Counted from the first letter of the stretch, positions 1 to 12,761 are shown. The stretch is DNA of 64,000 bases from Octopus bimaculoides (GCF_001194135.2 NC_068986.1:72846383-72910382), one strand, 5' to 3'. The notes: generated by a model not told the origin, from the letters alone. Made by a program: numbers and translations.

Positions 1-379
1 TTATTGAAATTTAGATTCTCTTCTTCAGTGAAGGCTTAGTAAATAATCTTTAATATTGTTTAACTAATAGCATTTTTAAAAAAATATTTTATTTCATGTT
101 CTGCGGACTCAGTGGTATATATGGTACAATATCAACATTTACATAGTTGTCTTCTCCACAGAATATGTTCCTAGTCAAGGTTCTGTTTTCCTCATCATGA
201 TGTTTCTTTCTGACTGAGTTGAAGGAGATGGTTGCTATTTCTAACATCAACTAATCATATAAATGTGCTCACATTTTTTAATATGTGTATATATGATCAT
301 AATATTTACAAGAAATGAACGTCAAGGAGAATTTTTTTTAACATTAATTTTATCCCACTTATAACGTCTCTTTCATTGA

Positions 380-892
380 ACACTAAACTCGGCTTGCGAA
401 GACCTGTTGGAGCAAGCGAAAGCAAAATCATGATGGCACCTGTACCAGTGGAGCACTAAGAGCACCGTCCGAGCGTGATCGTTGCCAGAGCACCAGCTGT
501 CTGGCTTCCGTGCCAGTGGCACGTAAATAGCACCATTTGAGCGTGATCATTACCAACATCGCCTTCCTGGCACTTGTGCCAGTGGCACGTGAAAAGACAT
601 TCGAGCGAGATTGTTGCCAGTACCACTCGACTGGCTCCTGTGCAGGTGGCATGTAAAACACACCATTTTGAGCATGGCCGTTGCCAGTACTGCCTGACTG
701 GCCTTCGTGCTGGTGGCACGTAAAAGCACCCACTACACTCTCGAAGTAGTTGGCGTTAGGAAGGGCATCCAGCTGTAGAAACTCTGCCAAATCAGATTGG
801 AGCCTGGTGTAGCCACCGGTCCACCAGTCCTCAATCAAATCGTACAACCCATGCTAGCATGGAAAGCGGACGTTAAACGATGATGATGATGA
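380..892 (+). mobile_element. RTE-LINE 3'-end-derived repeat with internal short tandem units and (GAT)n tail
   Basis: Shares the GTGGTTGGCGTTAGGAAGGGCATCCAGCTGTAGAAAC...GGAAAGCGGACGTTAAACGATGATGAT tail with copies at ~9240-9399 and ~15300-15450. The ORFs at 428-847 are translations of this repeat. Confidence 0.75.
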
Positions 893-1264
893 TAACATTT
901 CAGTGAAATATCTTAGCTCAAAACTTCCTCTTACATAAACAAAGTAGCAAATGATGAGTATTAGTGAAGTATTTTTATTCGCAATAAGAAACATTTCAAT
1001 GATTTTTTTTTTACTTTTCATAATCCTTATTTTGATAAAGGTTTACATCATAAAAAAAAAAGATTTTTTGCTTGTGTGGTTAACCTTAAGGCTTGGAAAA
1101 TTAAATTAAATCACCAGCACATCTTTGTCATTCATTATTAAAACAAATAAAAAGTAAACAGTTTCATATTTTACTGTGTTAGCAAACTATACAACTGTTT
1201 AAATAATTAGAAAGAAAGATATAGTTGTACTTTAAAAAAATAAAAGATAAATTTGTATATCAAT

Positions 1265-2190
1265 AGGTGCAGGAATGGCTGTATAGTTAAAAAGTTCTTT
1301 TCATAGTCATTTTGAGTTCAGTATCATTGTGCAGCAACTTGGACAAGTGCCTCCTACTATAACTCCAGGCTAGCCAATATCTTGTGAGTGAATTTGGTAG
1401 GCAGAAACTGTATGGAAACTTGTTTGTGTGTGTGTTGCTTGCCTCCACAATGTTGGCTTGTTTGATAGTTCAATAACAAGAACTTGCTTGAATAAGTAAT
1501 GGACATAAAATAATTACAGTGGTCAATTTGTTCAACTAAACCCTTCAACATGGTGCTCCAGCTATGAGTAAAACATGTAAAAATATAAAAGAAATGAATG
1601 AGTAGGCACAGGCATGGCCATTTGGTAAGAAGCTTGTTTCCCAACCACATGGTTCTGGGTTCAAGTCTCATTGCATGGCACCTTGGGTAAGTGTCTCCTA
1701 CTGTAGCCTTGGGCTGACCAAAGCCTTGTGAGGCTAGCATCCTAGAGGTCTGTGGGGTGTTTTGTGGATTTCATAGATAGAAACTGAAAGAAATCCATTA
1801 TATGTGTGTATATATCATCATCAACATCATCAGCATTTAACGTCCACCTTCCATGCTGGTATGGGTTGGATGGTTTGACAGGAGCTGGCCAGGCAGGAGC
1901 TTGCACCAGACTTCTGTGTCTGGGTTGGCGGGGTTTTTATGGCTGTCTATGTATGTATATATATATGTACATATTTATGTTTGTGTATCTTTGTGCCTGT
2001 GTTTGTTCCCCACCACTACTTGACAACTGGTGTTGGTGTGTTTACATCCCTGTAACTTAGTAGTTTGGCAAAAGAGACTGATAGTATTAGTATTAGGCTT
2101 TAAAAAATTAAAAAATAAGACCTAGGGTCGATTTGTTCGACTAAAACCCTCCAAGGCAGTGCCACATGAAACAAGTAAAAGATAAAAGAT
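1265..2190 (+). mobile_element. Cluster of degenerate, nested tRNA-derived SINE copies
   Basis: Several partial matches to the SINE at 3291-3697 (GGCAAGTGTCT..CTACTATAGCC, GAAACTGAAAGAAGC, GGCAAAAGAGAC motifs). Confidence 0.6.
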
Positions 2191-2692
2191 AAAATAGTAG
2201 GAAAAAAATAAATTAAATCTTATGAGTTTTCTTAATGACCAAAAATGGACTTTAAAGATTATAAAGTCCACTACAGTTCGTGTATGACAATAAAAAAAAA
2301 AGTTAGATATTGATTAAGATACTAACAGAAACACAATTTATTGATTTTTTTTGAAAATTTTCATGTCATTTGTACTTATTCCTTCCATTATCATCAGCTT
2401 TAACCATATTGATCCAACTGGTTGACCTTGACCAGATATAGTCTAAAAAGTCTTTTTACTTAATTATAATGAGTGCTACTCTTAAAACTGATGAAACTGT
2501 CATTATGTTTAGCAGGTCTAACAACCATATAGAGATTGCCTTATTAACTTGTGATAGCTCTAAGTAGAGACCACAGAAGGTATAAGTCATGGCTTTAAGC
2601 AGCAGCATTTATACGACTGAAAACTGTATTGGTCTATAGTACTGGTTTCAATTCTTCCCCTGTTAAAGACATAACTCTAATAGACTAAAGTC

Positions 2693-2730
<38 letters not shown>

Positions 2731-2931
2731 CAGAAATTGAACCTGAATACTGGCTCCCATCCTAGAGCTCTGTGCATGGTTGTTGGTCAGAATTTATACA
2801 TTTTTTCAACTAAGAATTTTTCATTTATATATCTGAGCCCCTCCCCCACCACAAAAAACCCCACAGATCTCTAGGATGCTAGCCATTCAAGTGTATTTAT
2901 TGGCCAGAAATTGGAGTGTGTGTTGGTGTAG

Positions 2932-3027
2932 AACTTCATACTAATCAGTTGAGTGGCACAGGTATATAAATAAACAATTGTTTGTTGAAAATGTATAAAA
3001 TCAGACTCAACTGATTAGCATGAAGTT
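2932..3027. repeat. Small hairpin/MITE-like element with ~23-bp inverted ends
   Basis: AACTTCATACTAATCAGTTGAGT (2932-2954) is the reverse complement of ACTCAACTGATTAGCATGAAGTT (3005-3027) with 1 mismatch. Confidence 0.7.
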
Positions 3028-3290
3028 GCTCACCATGACATTCCAGCCTCTGACCAAGAAATACACTATTACTTCTTCCTGCTTTTTCTAGAGTGGCCAC
3101 TGCTCTTCAGATATGGCCAATCTCATTTCACATTTACTCAGTCACTCATGTCTCTTCTTCTTGTCACTAGTATGTCTACTTCTATTTCAGTCATCCTCAC
3201 ACAAACTGCCATATACAATTTTTTTCTCTAAGAATGTCTCTCCTGTGGGACTGCCTCCCTGTTCATATTTTTCCTGCAACTATCAACATA

Positions 3291-3697
3291 GGCGCAGGAG
3301 TGGTTGTGTGGTAAGTAGCTTGCTTACCAACCACATGGTTCCAGGTTCAGTCCCACTGCGTGGCATCTAGGGCAAGTGTCTTCTACTATAGCCTTGGGCC
3401 GACCAAAGCCTTGTGAGTGGATTTGGTAGATGGAAACTGAAAGAAGTCCGTTGTATATATGTATATATATATATGTGTGTGTGTATGTTTGTGTGTCTGT
3501 GTTTGTCCCCCCTAGCATTGCTTGACAACCGATGCTGGTGTGTTTATGTCCCCATAACTTAGCGGTTCGGCAAAAGAGACCGATAGAATAAGTACTAGAC
3601 TTACAAAGAATAAGTCCCAGGGTCGATTTGCTCGACTAAAGGTGGTGCTCCAGCATAGCCACAGTCAAATGACTGAAACAAGTAAAAGAGTAAAGAG
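3291..3697 (+). mobile_element. Full-length tRNA-derived SINE (major family), internal TA/TG microsatellite
   Basis: Head with A/B-box-like motifs (TGGTTGTGTGG; GGTTCAGTCCC) and tail GAAACAAGTAAAAGAGTAAAGAG. Many paralogues occur in the window. Confidence 0.9.
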
Positions 3698-4739
3698 TAT
3701 ACAAGTCTTTGTCAATACCCACATAACTCAAAAAGGTCCATGAAGGCCAGGAGCTCAGTGCTTTTCTCTATAATCTACAAAAAACAAAACATACCCTTTC
3801 TTTATCCATCTTCATCCTAGTTACATTTTAGTAACTTAAGAACATGTTGGGGAAGCAAATACTGTTAGATATATAAGAACAGAGATAAATCTGAATTTAA
3901 GCATTCAATGTTTACTTTATATAGAAGAAAGTTTACATCATATAAATGATTAACCCTTTATCATTTAAACTGGCCATATCTGGTCCAAATATTCTGCCTG
4001 TTTTCTGTTCAAACTGAGCAGATTTGGCCTCTCACACCTACCCTACAAACTCATATTAAAAATAAAAAGTCACATCATTGAAATCTCAAAACTATGAGAT
4101 AGTGTATGATTAATTCAAAACAATGTGAATGAATAAGCATTACATTTAATAATCTGAATGCTAAAGGATTCATTTGAAATAATCCTTTCTACTTTAGGCA
4201 CAAGGCTTGACATTTTGTGAGAGAGGGCTAGTTGATTACATTGACCCTAAAAGGCAAAGTCAACCTTGGTAAAATTTGAACTCAATGTAGACACATGAAA
4301 TGCCACTAAGCATTTTGTTTGGTGTGCTAATGATTGTACCAGCTTACTGCCTTGTTTATGAAATAATAAAAATTTATAAATAGGCAGGATGTCATATGGT
4401 CAAGTTACATCATTAACTGTTAATCTGTCTAACGTGAACATGCTCCAGCATGACTGAAGCAAGTAAAAGAATATACAAAATATAATTGGAAATAATTATG
4501 TACTAAATTAAAGACGATGTTATTTCAATGATTTAATATAATTTTAATTATTTCAGAAAGTAAAGGAGACAGGAAATCTTTGTCAACATTTTATTAAACT
4601 ATTACAGTATAGCAAGATCATTATCATTAACATTATCAGCAGAATTATGTCAAAATCCCAATAAAATTATTCATGTTATTGTTTTCCTGAGATAAAATGA
4701 AATAAATCCAATTATTTTTTGCTTTATTTATCAATATGT

Positions 4740-5130
4740 GTTGTGTGTTGGCACTCCATCGCTTACGACGTCGTGGGTTCCAGTTGATCCGATCAACGGA
4801 ACAGCCTGCTCGTGAAATTAACGTGCAAGTGGCTGAGCACACCACAGACACGTGTGCTCTTAACGTAGTTCTCTGGGGATATTTAGCGTGACACAGAGTG
4901 TAACAAGGCTGACCCTTTGAATTACAGGCACAACAGAAACAGGAAGTAAGAGTGAGAGAAAGTTGTGGTGAAAGAGTACAGCAGGGTTTGCCACCATCCC
5001 CTGCCGGAGCCTCGTAGAGCTTTAGGTGTTTTCGCTCAATAAACACTCACAACGCTTGGTCTGGGAATCGAAACCGCGATCCTACAACCGTGAGTCCGCT
5101 GCCCTAACCACTGGGCCATTGCGCCTCCAC
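4740..5130 (-). mobile_element. Second tRNA-derived SINE family, full length, with TSD
   Basis: Minus-strand head TGGCCCAGTGGTTAGGGCAG...GGTTTCGATTCCC. An 11-bp TSD TATCAATATGT lies at 4729-4739 and 5131-5141. Paralogue at ~61910-62232. Confidence 0.9.
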
Positions 5131-6726
5131 TATCAATATGTACCAACTCCTTTAAAAGAAGCTAAGGATCCATTACACAATTCACCTCTGTAATGGTCTC
5201 TAATACAACTAAAGCTTTAATTGCTGCTCTTATTGTCATCATAATTGCCACCTTTGTCATAGACATCGTCATCATTGTTTCAGATTAGTCTGAATCAAGT
5301 AAATCTATAATCAAAAATGTTTCAGCTATTATCCTATCTTTTGTATATCAAGCAAGCCATTATTAAAATATTCTTTTTTAAGACAGTAAGGGGTTATTTG
5401 AGATCAATGAGGTTGTTATTTCTAGCAGGACAAGTGACAATGTTGAGGCTCTCTCTTTGGCTCAACTCTGGGCTTTTTTCAGTTTGTGGCAACTGCTAAG
5501 ATCAGGTACTGGCAATTTGTTTTTTGTGAAACAGGCCACATGAGACATGGCACATCATCAGGCAGGCTGCAAACTAAAAAATTGAAGGTGCCATTCAGAA
5601 AGTCCCATGGATAGCAGTTTGCCGATGACTTACTTAGATACGTCTTCCTTGGCTCAACAAGAACTTAATTTCAAAAATAATAAAATGAAATGAAGCTATT
5701 CTATAACTAGAAATATTACCAGGGATTGCAGAAATTGAGAGAATGAGAACAAGTATATGTTCAGAGAAAAACAGTGCTGTGTTTGTGGAAATATCTTGTT
5801 ACAGTTGTATAAAGTTCAAAATGTGATGAATTTTGATATTGCTGTTGTATTAAACAATGACTGCTTTTACCAAGCTGTTTTAGATATAGTCAAGGTGTCA
5901 CGGAAGTGAACAAGGTTGAATATATGAGAATAGAAACAAATCTGAATTTAGGCATGCAATGTTCACCATGCAAAGAAGGAAGGAAGGAAGAAAGAAAGAA
6001 GGAAAGAAAGTTTGCATCATAGAAATGATTAATTGGAAATAATAAACATTATAAATACTTTCTGTTAGTAATTATCAAAAATAACTGTAAAAAATTATTG
6101 TCTTCATAATAGCCATAAGTAATTAAGACAGAATGTCATAGTCAAGTTATGTCATTAATAAACTAAATATATTTAATGTTGCAAACATAAAAAACATATA
6201 GAGGTAATTATGTAATGAATAGAAGACAATATTAATTCAATGATTTATTTTATTTCAGCAAACAGAGGTTACAGCAAATTTTTGTTACTGTATTTTCCGG
6301 TATACAAGTTGAATTTTTTGAGACAAAATTTACAGTTGAAAAAGATTGGTTGACTTACACACCAACATGGTTCTTCAAATGTTACAGAAAGGAAGGGGAC
6401 AGGAATTTGCTGTAGACTGGTGTGTTTGTTTGAAGTGTATGAATTCCTAGAAGTAGATGGGGAGCTGGAGTTAATAGATTGGTGGGTTGAGGTCATGACT
6501 CAAATGATGGTATGTGATCATTACTTGGGAAGATAAGGTGTTGGAAGAAGGAAATTGGGGTGTTCATACTACTAACTAGCTGTGCTTGCCAAGCAGGACT
6601 CACTAGGAAACAGATACTGCTTCACCAGTGAACCTTGAAAAAAGGGAGACTGGGGCATAAAAGAGAGTGAGGAAGATGATGATAAAAAGACAATAATAGT
6701 TATAATAATAGTCCTTTCTACTAGAG

Positions 6727-7287
6727 CAGGGGGTCAGGGAACTTTTTTAACCAATTACCCCAAGATATACTTATTTACATCAACATTACCCCCTTGATTC
6801 AAAAGGAAGAAAATCATATATTCTTTGAATTCAAAAGGTTTATTGAATCTATTTATATGGAGAATACAATTATAAATATAAGAAGTATAAAACAAATGTG
6901 ATAAAATAAATTAATATCCTCATTATGGAACAAAACGATTTTTCTAGAAACTTTTTCACTTCAGGTTTTGGAGAAATGATGTTTCATCTTGGAGAAATGA
7001 TGTTTCATTTTGATGCCAGAGCAATTTGGATACAGTCTTCAGGGTCAGATTCATTTCTCTGCTTTATTTTTATGTTCATTAAAGTGGAAAATCCTTGTTT
7101 GTAAAGGTAGGTGGTTTCAAATGGCAACAACTTTTTGACTGTCTCCTCATGCTAGAAGAAAAATATCTGTCATAACAAGGAACACGTTTTTTATATAATT
7201 TTACTTATGTCTAATAAGTCCTCATCACCCCCAAGAATTTCATTTTTACCCCACTTAGTGTAATTTACCCTGATTCACTGACCCCTA
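6727..7287 (-). mobile_element. hAT (Charlie/Buster-like) deletion derivative
   Basis: TIRs CAGGGGGTCAGGGAA / TTCACTGACCCCTA and 8-bp TSD TACTAGAG (6719-6726, 7288-7295). The minus strand retains a transposase C-terminal remnant resembling LLPFETTYLYKQGFSTLMNIK. Confidence 0.85.
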
Positions 7288-7295
7288 TACTAGAG

Positions 7296-7475
7296 GCATA
7301 AGGCCTGAAATTTGCGGGGAGGAGGTAAATCAATTATATCAACCCCAGTGTTGAACTGGTACTTATTTCATCAACCCCAAAAGGATGAAAGGCAAAGTTG
7401 ACCTGAGTTGGAATTTGAACTCAGAATGTAAAGATGGACAAAATACCACTAAGCATTTTGCCCAGTGTGCTAGTA
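7296..7475 (-). mobile_element. Third tRNA-derived SINE family
   Basis: GGAATTTGAACTCAG (reverse B box) and AAAGGATGAAAGGCAAAGT motifs. Paralogues at 4185-4355, 39020-39577 and 41030-41385. Confidence 0.75.
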
Positions 7476-7577
7476 ATAATAAACAGAGAAAGAAATTGAG
7501 GTGAGGAGTATGTCTATACATATTGATATAAGGGAGGTATGGAAGAGTATTCATTTTTCTTGGTGAGTAAAATTGCA

Positions 7578-7658
7578 ATGTGTGTGTGTGTGTGTGTGCG
7601 TGCGTGCGTGTGTGCGTGCGTGCGTGTGTGCGTGCGTGCGTGTGTGTGTGTGTGTGTG
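7578..7658. repeat. (TG)n/(TGCG)n compound microsatellite
   Basis: Read directly from the sequence. Confidence 0.95.
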
Positions 7659-8423
7659 CCAGATAATTCTTCTCTGAAAAATTAAACAAATGACTGCTAT
7701 CTCTCAGTAAGCTTGAGGCTATTTCATTTAAAATCGGTAATTATGTAATAATAATTGTCCTGTTGATAATGATGTCAAATATATTTTTTGATCTTACTAA
7801 CAATTATACATGCAACAAAAGATTACTAGTGAATGATAAGACATGTTTTGATTAGATATTAACCATTAAGCAGAGATTATTAATCTGAGTGAATGCACTA
7901 GATGAGGAGCCACAATGTAAACCTTGTACTTCAAAAATAAGTAAGACAATTTGAAATAAAAGAAGTAACTGTAATTGTTATAATATTTTTTTTATTTTTC
8001 AATGAGGCTGTTTCAGAGAAATTAAACTCTGGGAAAATTTCAAATGAATTCATTGGAATGATTTCCCATTGCCTTCTTCACCCTCATAGAAGGAATTCAA
8101 ATTCAATGCTGCAAACAAGTAAAACACTTAATAATTATACGGTACCCTACTCTAGTTCTGGCATTTACTGCTAGATGGATGGAGTTTGACTATAGACACT
8201 GTTATCAGCAGTTATAGTAGCAGGCTACACACCATTACCCTTCAGCTAGTAGTGCAACACCATATTCATGAAACATGGTGCATCATCTGGAGGGCTACAC
8301 TACTAAAAAAATTCAAGGTAATTTTTCATTAGGTGTGCCATTAAGAACGCCTTGTGGGCCATAAGCTGCCCATGATTGACCTAGATCATTTGTAGCCCCT
8401 TAGAAAAAGTTAGTTTCCTTTAA

Positions 8424-9561
8424 CCCTTTAACATTTAGATTACTCTGTCAAATGTAATGCTTGTTTATTCACATTGTTTTCAGTAGTGGGAGTGGATTCT
8501 CTGAGAGTGTAGGTGTTAGAATAAGAATAGCCTGGGCAAAGTTCAGAGAGCTCCTATCTCTGCTGGTAATGAAGGACTTCTCACACAGAGTGAAAGGTAG
8601 ACTATATGATGTCCGAGCATGAACAGCCATGCTACACAGCAATGAAACATGGGCTGTGACTGCTGAGGACATGCGTAGGCTTGAAAGAAATGAAGCTAGT
8701 ATGCTCCACTGGAAGTGTGCATACACAACAGAATGTAAGCGCCCTGAGAGAAAAGTTGGACATAAGAAGCATCAGATGTGGTGTGCAAAAGAGCCGACTG
8801 TGCTGGTATGGTCATGTGATGTATATGGATGAGGACAACTGTGTGAAGAAGTGTCACACCCTAACAGTGGAAGACCAGGGATGGGGTGGTGAAGCACAAA
8901 CTTCAAACATTGGGCCTCACAGAGGCAATGACAAACAACCAAGACCTTTGGAGCTATGCTGTGCTTAAGAAGACCCAGTAAGCCAAGTAAAATTGTAGCC
9001 ATGGCCGATGCCAGTGTCACATAACTGGCCCATTTAAAAGCACCCTTCAATCGTCAGGCAATATGCCGTGCTTTTGAAGACTTGTTGAACCAAGTGAAAT
9101 CATAGTCGTGGCCGATGCCAGTGCTACCTGACTGGCACCCATGCTAGTGACATGTAAAAAGCACCATTCGAGCATGGTCGATGCCAGTACTGCCTGACTG
9201 ACTCCTGTGCCAGTGACATGTAAAAAGCACCCACTACACTCTTGGAGTGGTTGGCATTAGGAAGGGCATCCAGCTGTAGAAACCATGCCAAATCAGATTT
9301 GTGCCTGGTGCAGCCTCCCAGCTTGCCAGTCCTCAGTCAAACCATCCAACCCATTGCAGCATGGAAAGCGGACGTTAAATGACGATGATGATGATGATGA
9401 TTGTTTTGAATTAATCATCTTATAACCTTAAAATTTCAATGATGCAAATATTTATTTTTAGAATGATATTATAGGGTAGGTGTGAGAGGCCAGATCTGGC
9501 CAGTTTGAACATAAAATAGGTAGAATGAATGGGCCGGATAGCCAGATTAAATGCTAAAGGG
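8424..9561 (+). mobile_element. piggyBac-type MITE (TTAA|CCCTTT...AAAGGG|TTAA) interrupted by an RTE insertion
   Basis: TTAA at 8420-8423 and 9562-9565. Same family as the intact copies at 19120-19339 and 38666-38885. Confidence 0.8.
8481..9399 (+). mobile_element. 5'-truncated RTE-clade LINE (degenerate ORF C-terminus plus 3' UTR, (GAT)n tail)
   Basis: Translation RIRIAWAKFRELL...ETWAVTAEDMRRLERNEASML...SRLCWYGHVM resembles an RTE C-terminus. Flanked by ATTGTTTT at 8473-8480 and 9400-9407 (putative TSD). Confidence 0.85.
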
Positions 9562-9649
9562 TTAAATCAATGTGAGCCTAGACTTCTTGTCTTTAGATAG
9601 ATCCAGTTATGGGTCATTTTAAAAGGCTGATATGAAATATCTTACTCAT

Positions 9650-9910
9650 TTATGTGGTGACACATAAAAGGCACCCATGCTGGGGACATGTAAAAGGCAC
9701 CCATGTCATTCACATGTGAAAGTCACCAGTGCCGGTGACACATAAAAGGCACCCTTTACACTCTGTAAGGTGGTTGGCATTAGGAAGGGCATCCAACTGT
9801 AGAAACCAAGCTAAAAAACAGACTGGAACCTGATGTAGCTCTCTGGCCCATCAGTTCCAATTAAACTGTCTAACTCATACCGGCATGGAAAATAGACACT
9901 AAATGATGAT
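9650..9910 (+). mobile_element. RTE 3'-end-derived repeat, truncated
   Basis: AAAGGCACCCATG tandem units followed by the GGTTGGCATTAGGAAGGGCATCC core. Confidence 0.65.
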
Positions 9911-10201
9911 GAATTCATTTTCTGCACCAATCCAGGAAGTCTGTATTTGTAATCTTTTAATTTTCTCTTGAGAAATGATAAAGGTTGATTTTATCTATAG
10001 TTTTGCACTTAGCAATCTGATGTGTTTGTATCATGACAAAAATCAATTAGTTAAGTCCAGCTGAACAAATAAGGCTTTTATTTAGCAACAAAATTTTAAT
10101 TCCAAGAAGTCTTAACTTATAAAGAAATTATTGCCTTTAATTAACTTTCTTTAATTATCAGAGTAGCCTCTTTTCTAAATTGTAAAGCTCATGACTTTCT
10201 T

Positions 10202-11663
10202 GGTCAATATACAGTTTAAGCCCTGGTCACAAAAACTTTTTCAAAAAAGCCCAGCCTATAGGTGTAAAAAAAATGTGTAGAAAAATTTGTGCAAACGAAC
10301 GGGTGGGGAGAGGATTTTTGGAAAATTCACAAGAGTCGATTTTTCCCTCTTAACTTTCAGGAAAATGGATACATATTACTGGAATTTTATAGAAATATAG
10401 TTCAAATGGCACAAATTACGATTATAAAGAAATTTGTGAGGGAAATTTTTTTCCGAAGGAGGGGATTTCGGAAAATTCACACGATTCGTTTTTTTCCCCC
10501 TCATAACTTTCAGGATCTAGTTCAGCGCCCAGTCATCAAAACGAAAAAACAAACAATCTAATCGGTGTAATAAAATAAAAATAGGTGTAGAAAACGAATA
10601 TGAAAAAAAAAATTTGCACAAACGAACGGGGGTGGAGGTGGGGGAGAGGACTTTCGGAAAATTCACATGATCCGATTTTTTCTCTCTTAACTTTCAGGAA
10701 AATGGATATCTTTTGATGAAATTTTACAGAAACACCTTTCAAACGGCATAGATTACGATTATAAAGAAATTTGAGGGGAAAATGTTTTCCAAAGCGGTGG
10801 AGAGAGAATTGTCAGAAAATTCACNNNNNNNNNNNNNNNNNNNNNNNNNNNNNNNNNNNNNNNNNNNNNNNNNNNNNNNNNNNNNNNNNNNNNNNNNNNN
10901 NNNNNNNNNNNNNNNNNNNNNNNNNNNNNNNNNNNNNNNNNNNNNNNNNNNNNNNNNNNNNNNNNNNNNNNNNNNNNNNNNNNNNNNNNNNNNNNNNNNN
11001 NNNNNNNNNNNNNNNNNNNNNNNNNNNNNNNNNNNNNNNNNNNNNNNNNNNNNNNNNNNNNNNNNNNNNNNNNNNNNNNNNNNNNNNNNNNNNNNNNNNN
11101 NNNNNNNNNNNNNNNNNNNNNNNNNNNNNNNNNNNNNNNNNNNNNNNNNNNNNNNNNNNNNNNNNNNNNNNNNNNNNNNNNNNNNNNNNNNNNNNNNNNN
11201 NNNNNNNNNNNNNNNNNNNNNNNNNNNNNNNNNNNNNNNNNNNNNNNNNNNNNNNNNNNNNNNNNNNNNNNNNNNNNNNNNNNNNNNNNNNNNNNNNNNN
11301 NNNNNNNNNNNNNNNNNNNNNNNNNNNNNNNNNNNNNNNNNNNNNNNNNNNNNNNNNNNNNNNNNNNNNNNNNNNNNNNNNNNNNNNNNNNNNNNNNNNN
11401 NNNNNNNNNNNNNNNNNNNNNNNNNNNNNNNNNNNNNNNNNNNNNNNNNNNNNNNNNNNNNNNNNNNNNNNNNNNNNNNNNNNNNNNNNNNNNNNNNNNN
11501 NNNNNNNNNNNNNNNNNNNNNNNNNNNNNNNNNNNNNNNNCCCCCCCCCCACCTCACCCTGGTCGTTTGCGCAAATTTTTGTTTTCTACACATTTTTTAC
11601 ACTTAGTAGACTGGCTTTGTTTTTTGTTGTTTTCGTGACCGGAGCTTAAATTGTATATTGACC
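10202..11663. mobile_element. Foldback-type element: long inverted ends with ~300-bp internal tandem subrepeats, spanning a gap
   Basis: Left end GGTCAATATACAGTTTAAGCCCTGGTCAC is inverted relative to right end GTGACCGGAGCTTAAATTGTATATTGACC. The unit at ~10265-10560 is repeated at ~10565-10824. Confidence 0.7.
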
Positions 11664-11866
11664 CAATTTTCTCTATTTATATTGATTTTTCACACACACA
11701 CACACATTATTTTTAAACCGGTACTTACTTTTTCAGTCTTTGTTGCCGAACCGCTGGTTGCCAGTTGCCAAGTACTGGTGGTGGTAGTGGAAGACAAACA
11801 CAGACACACACACATACGTATGCATATATATGCATACGCACACATAATGCAAACACACGTACGTAT

Positions 11867-11898
<32 letters not shown>

Positions 11899-12179
11899 GG
11901 CGAACTTCTTTCAGTTTCCGTCTACCAGATCCACTCACAAGGTATTGTAACTAACACATAGTTGTAGAAGACACTTGTCTATGTGTCCATGCAATATGAC
12001 TGAACCCTGGTGCATACGAGCACAATGCAACCGTATTAACCACAGGGCAATACTCGTACAATTCGTATTTATTTTTTTATTTATTTATACGCCTTCAAAA
12101 TATGTAACAGCTTTAAGTAAAATAAAATTGTAATACAATGGTTGTCTTCCACAAGTAAAGTACAAGGTACAATACCTGT

Positions 12180-12706
12180 TATTTATTTAATTGATGCCGA
12201 AAAAGACGAAAGCAAAACTAAATGAACATCTATTTAAGAAAAATATTTTCCTAATCCAATTATTTTCTGCGAACGAAAAAGTGATTTCTTCATCAACTTC
12301 ACCCGCTTCACCATCCTTGACTGAGCAGTCGCAGCAAATCCGCCTATGATATACACGCACTTTCTTCTTTATGTCAACTAAGCTCTCAACAGGTAGCAAA
12401 TTAAATCGTTAAGTCCGTGGAATTATGCCAAATGAACATCCGAGTAAGAAATTACGAGTGTGATCATCCGCTCATCAATCGATCTAGAATAGTGATTATG
12501 TAAACATTAATAACCCGAGCGATATTTTTAGTCACACGCGCTTAGGAAATATCAGCGCTGCAGGTCATATCTTTCCTCGTAATCAGTTCTGTATAAAAGG
12601 CCATGTGCCAACGCGATGAGGAGTTTTCAAGAAAAGCACTTATTAACAAACGTTCTTTTCATGATTTTCGATTCGTCCACTTTATACAATTTACCGAAAT
12701 AGAAAT
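12180..12706. promoter_or_regulatory. CpG-enriched unique promoter/5' region with TATA-like box
   Basis: CpG is visibly more frequent than in the surroundings and the region is repeat-free. TATAAAAG at 12592-12599 lies ~110 bp upstream of ATG 12707. Confidence 0.5.
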
Positions 12707-12761
12707 ATGGACTTGGATTATTTTTCGCAGACACCGCAAGGGCAATCTCAGCTAGCCTCAG
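12707..12761 (+). CDS. Uncharacterised protein, exon 1 (MDLDYFSQTPQGQSQLAS)
   Basis: ATG in AAATATGG context. Donor CAG|GTAAAT is phase 1 and matches the next exon. Confidence 0.65.

Noticed and set aside
6283-6310. TACTGTATTTTCCGGTATACAAG resembling the pogo-like TIR at 22737
   Set aside because: No partner TIR; better explained as part of the block paralogous to 4557-4590.
10739-11649. Long ORFs in the ORF track (also 14199-14613, 23293-23776, 25357-25681, 48309-48818, 49618-50370)
   Set aside because: Artefacts of N runs and TA/CA microsatellites.
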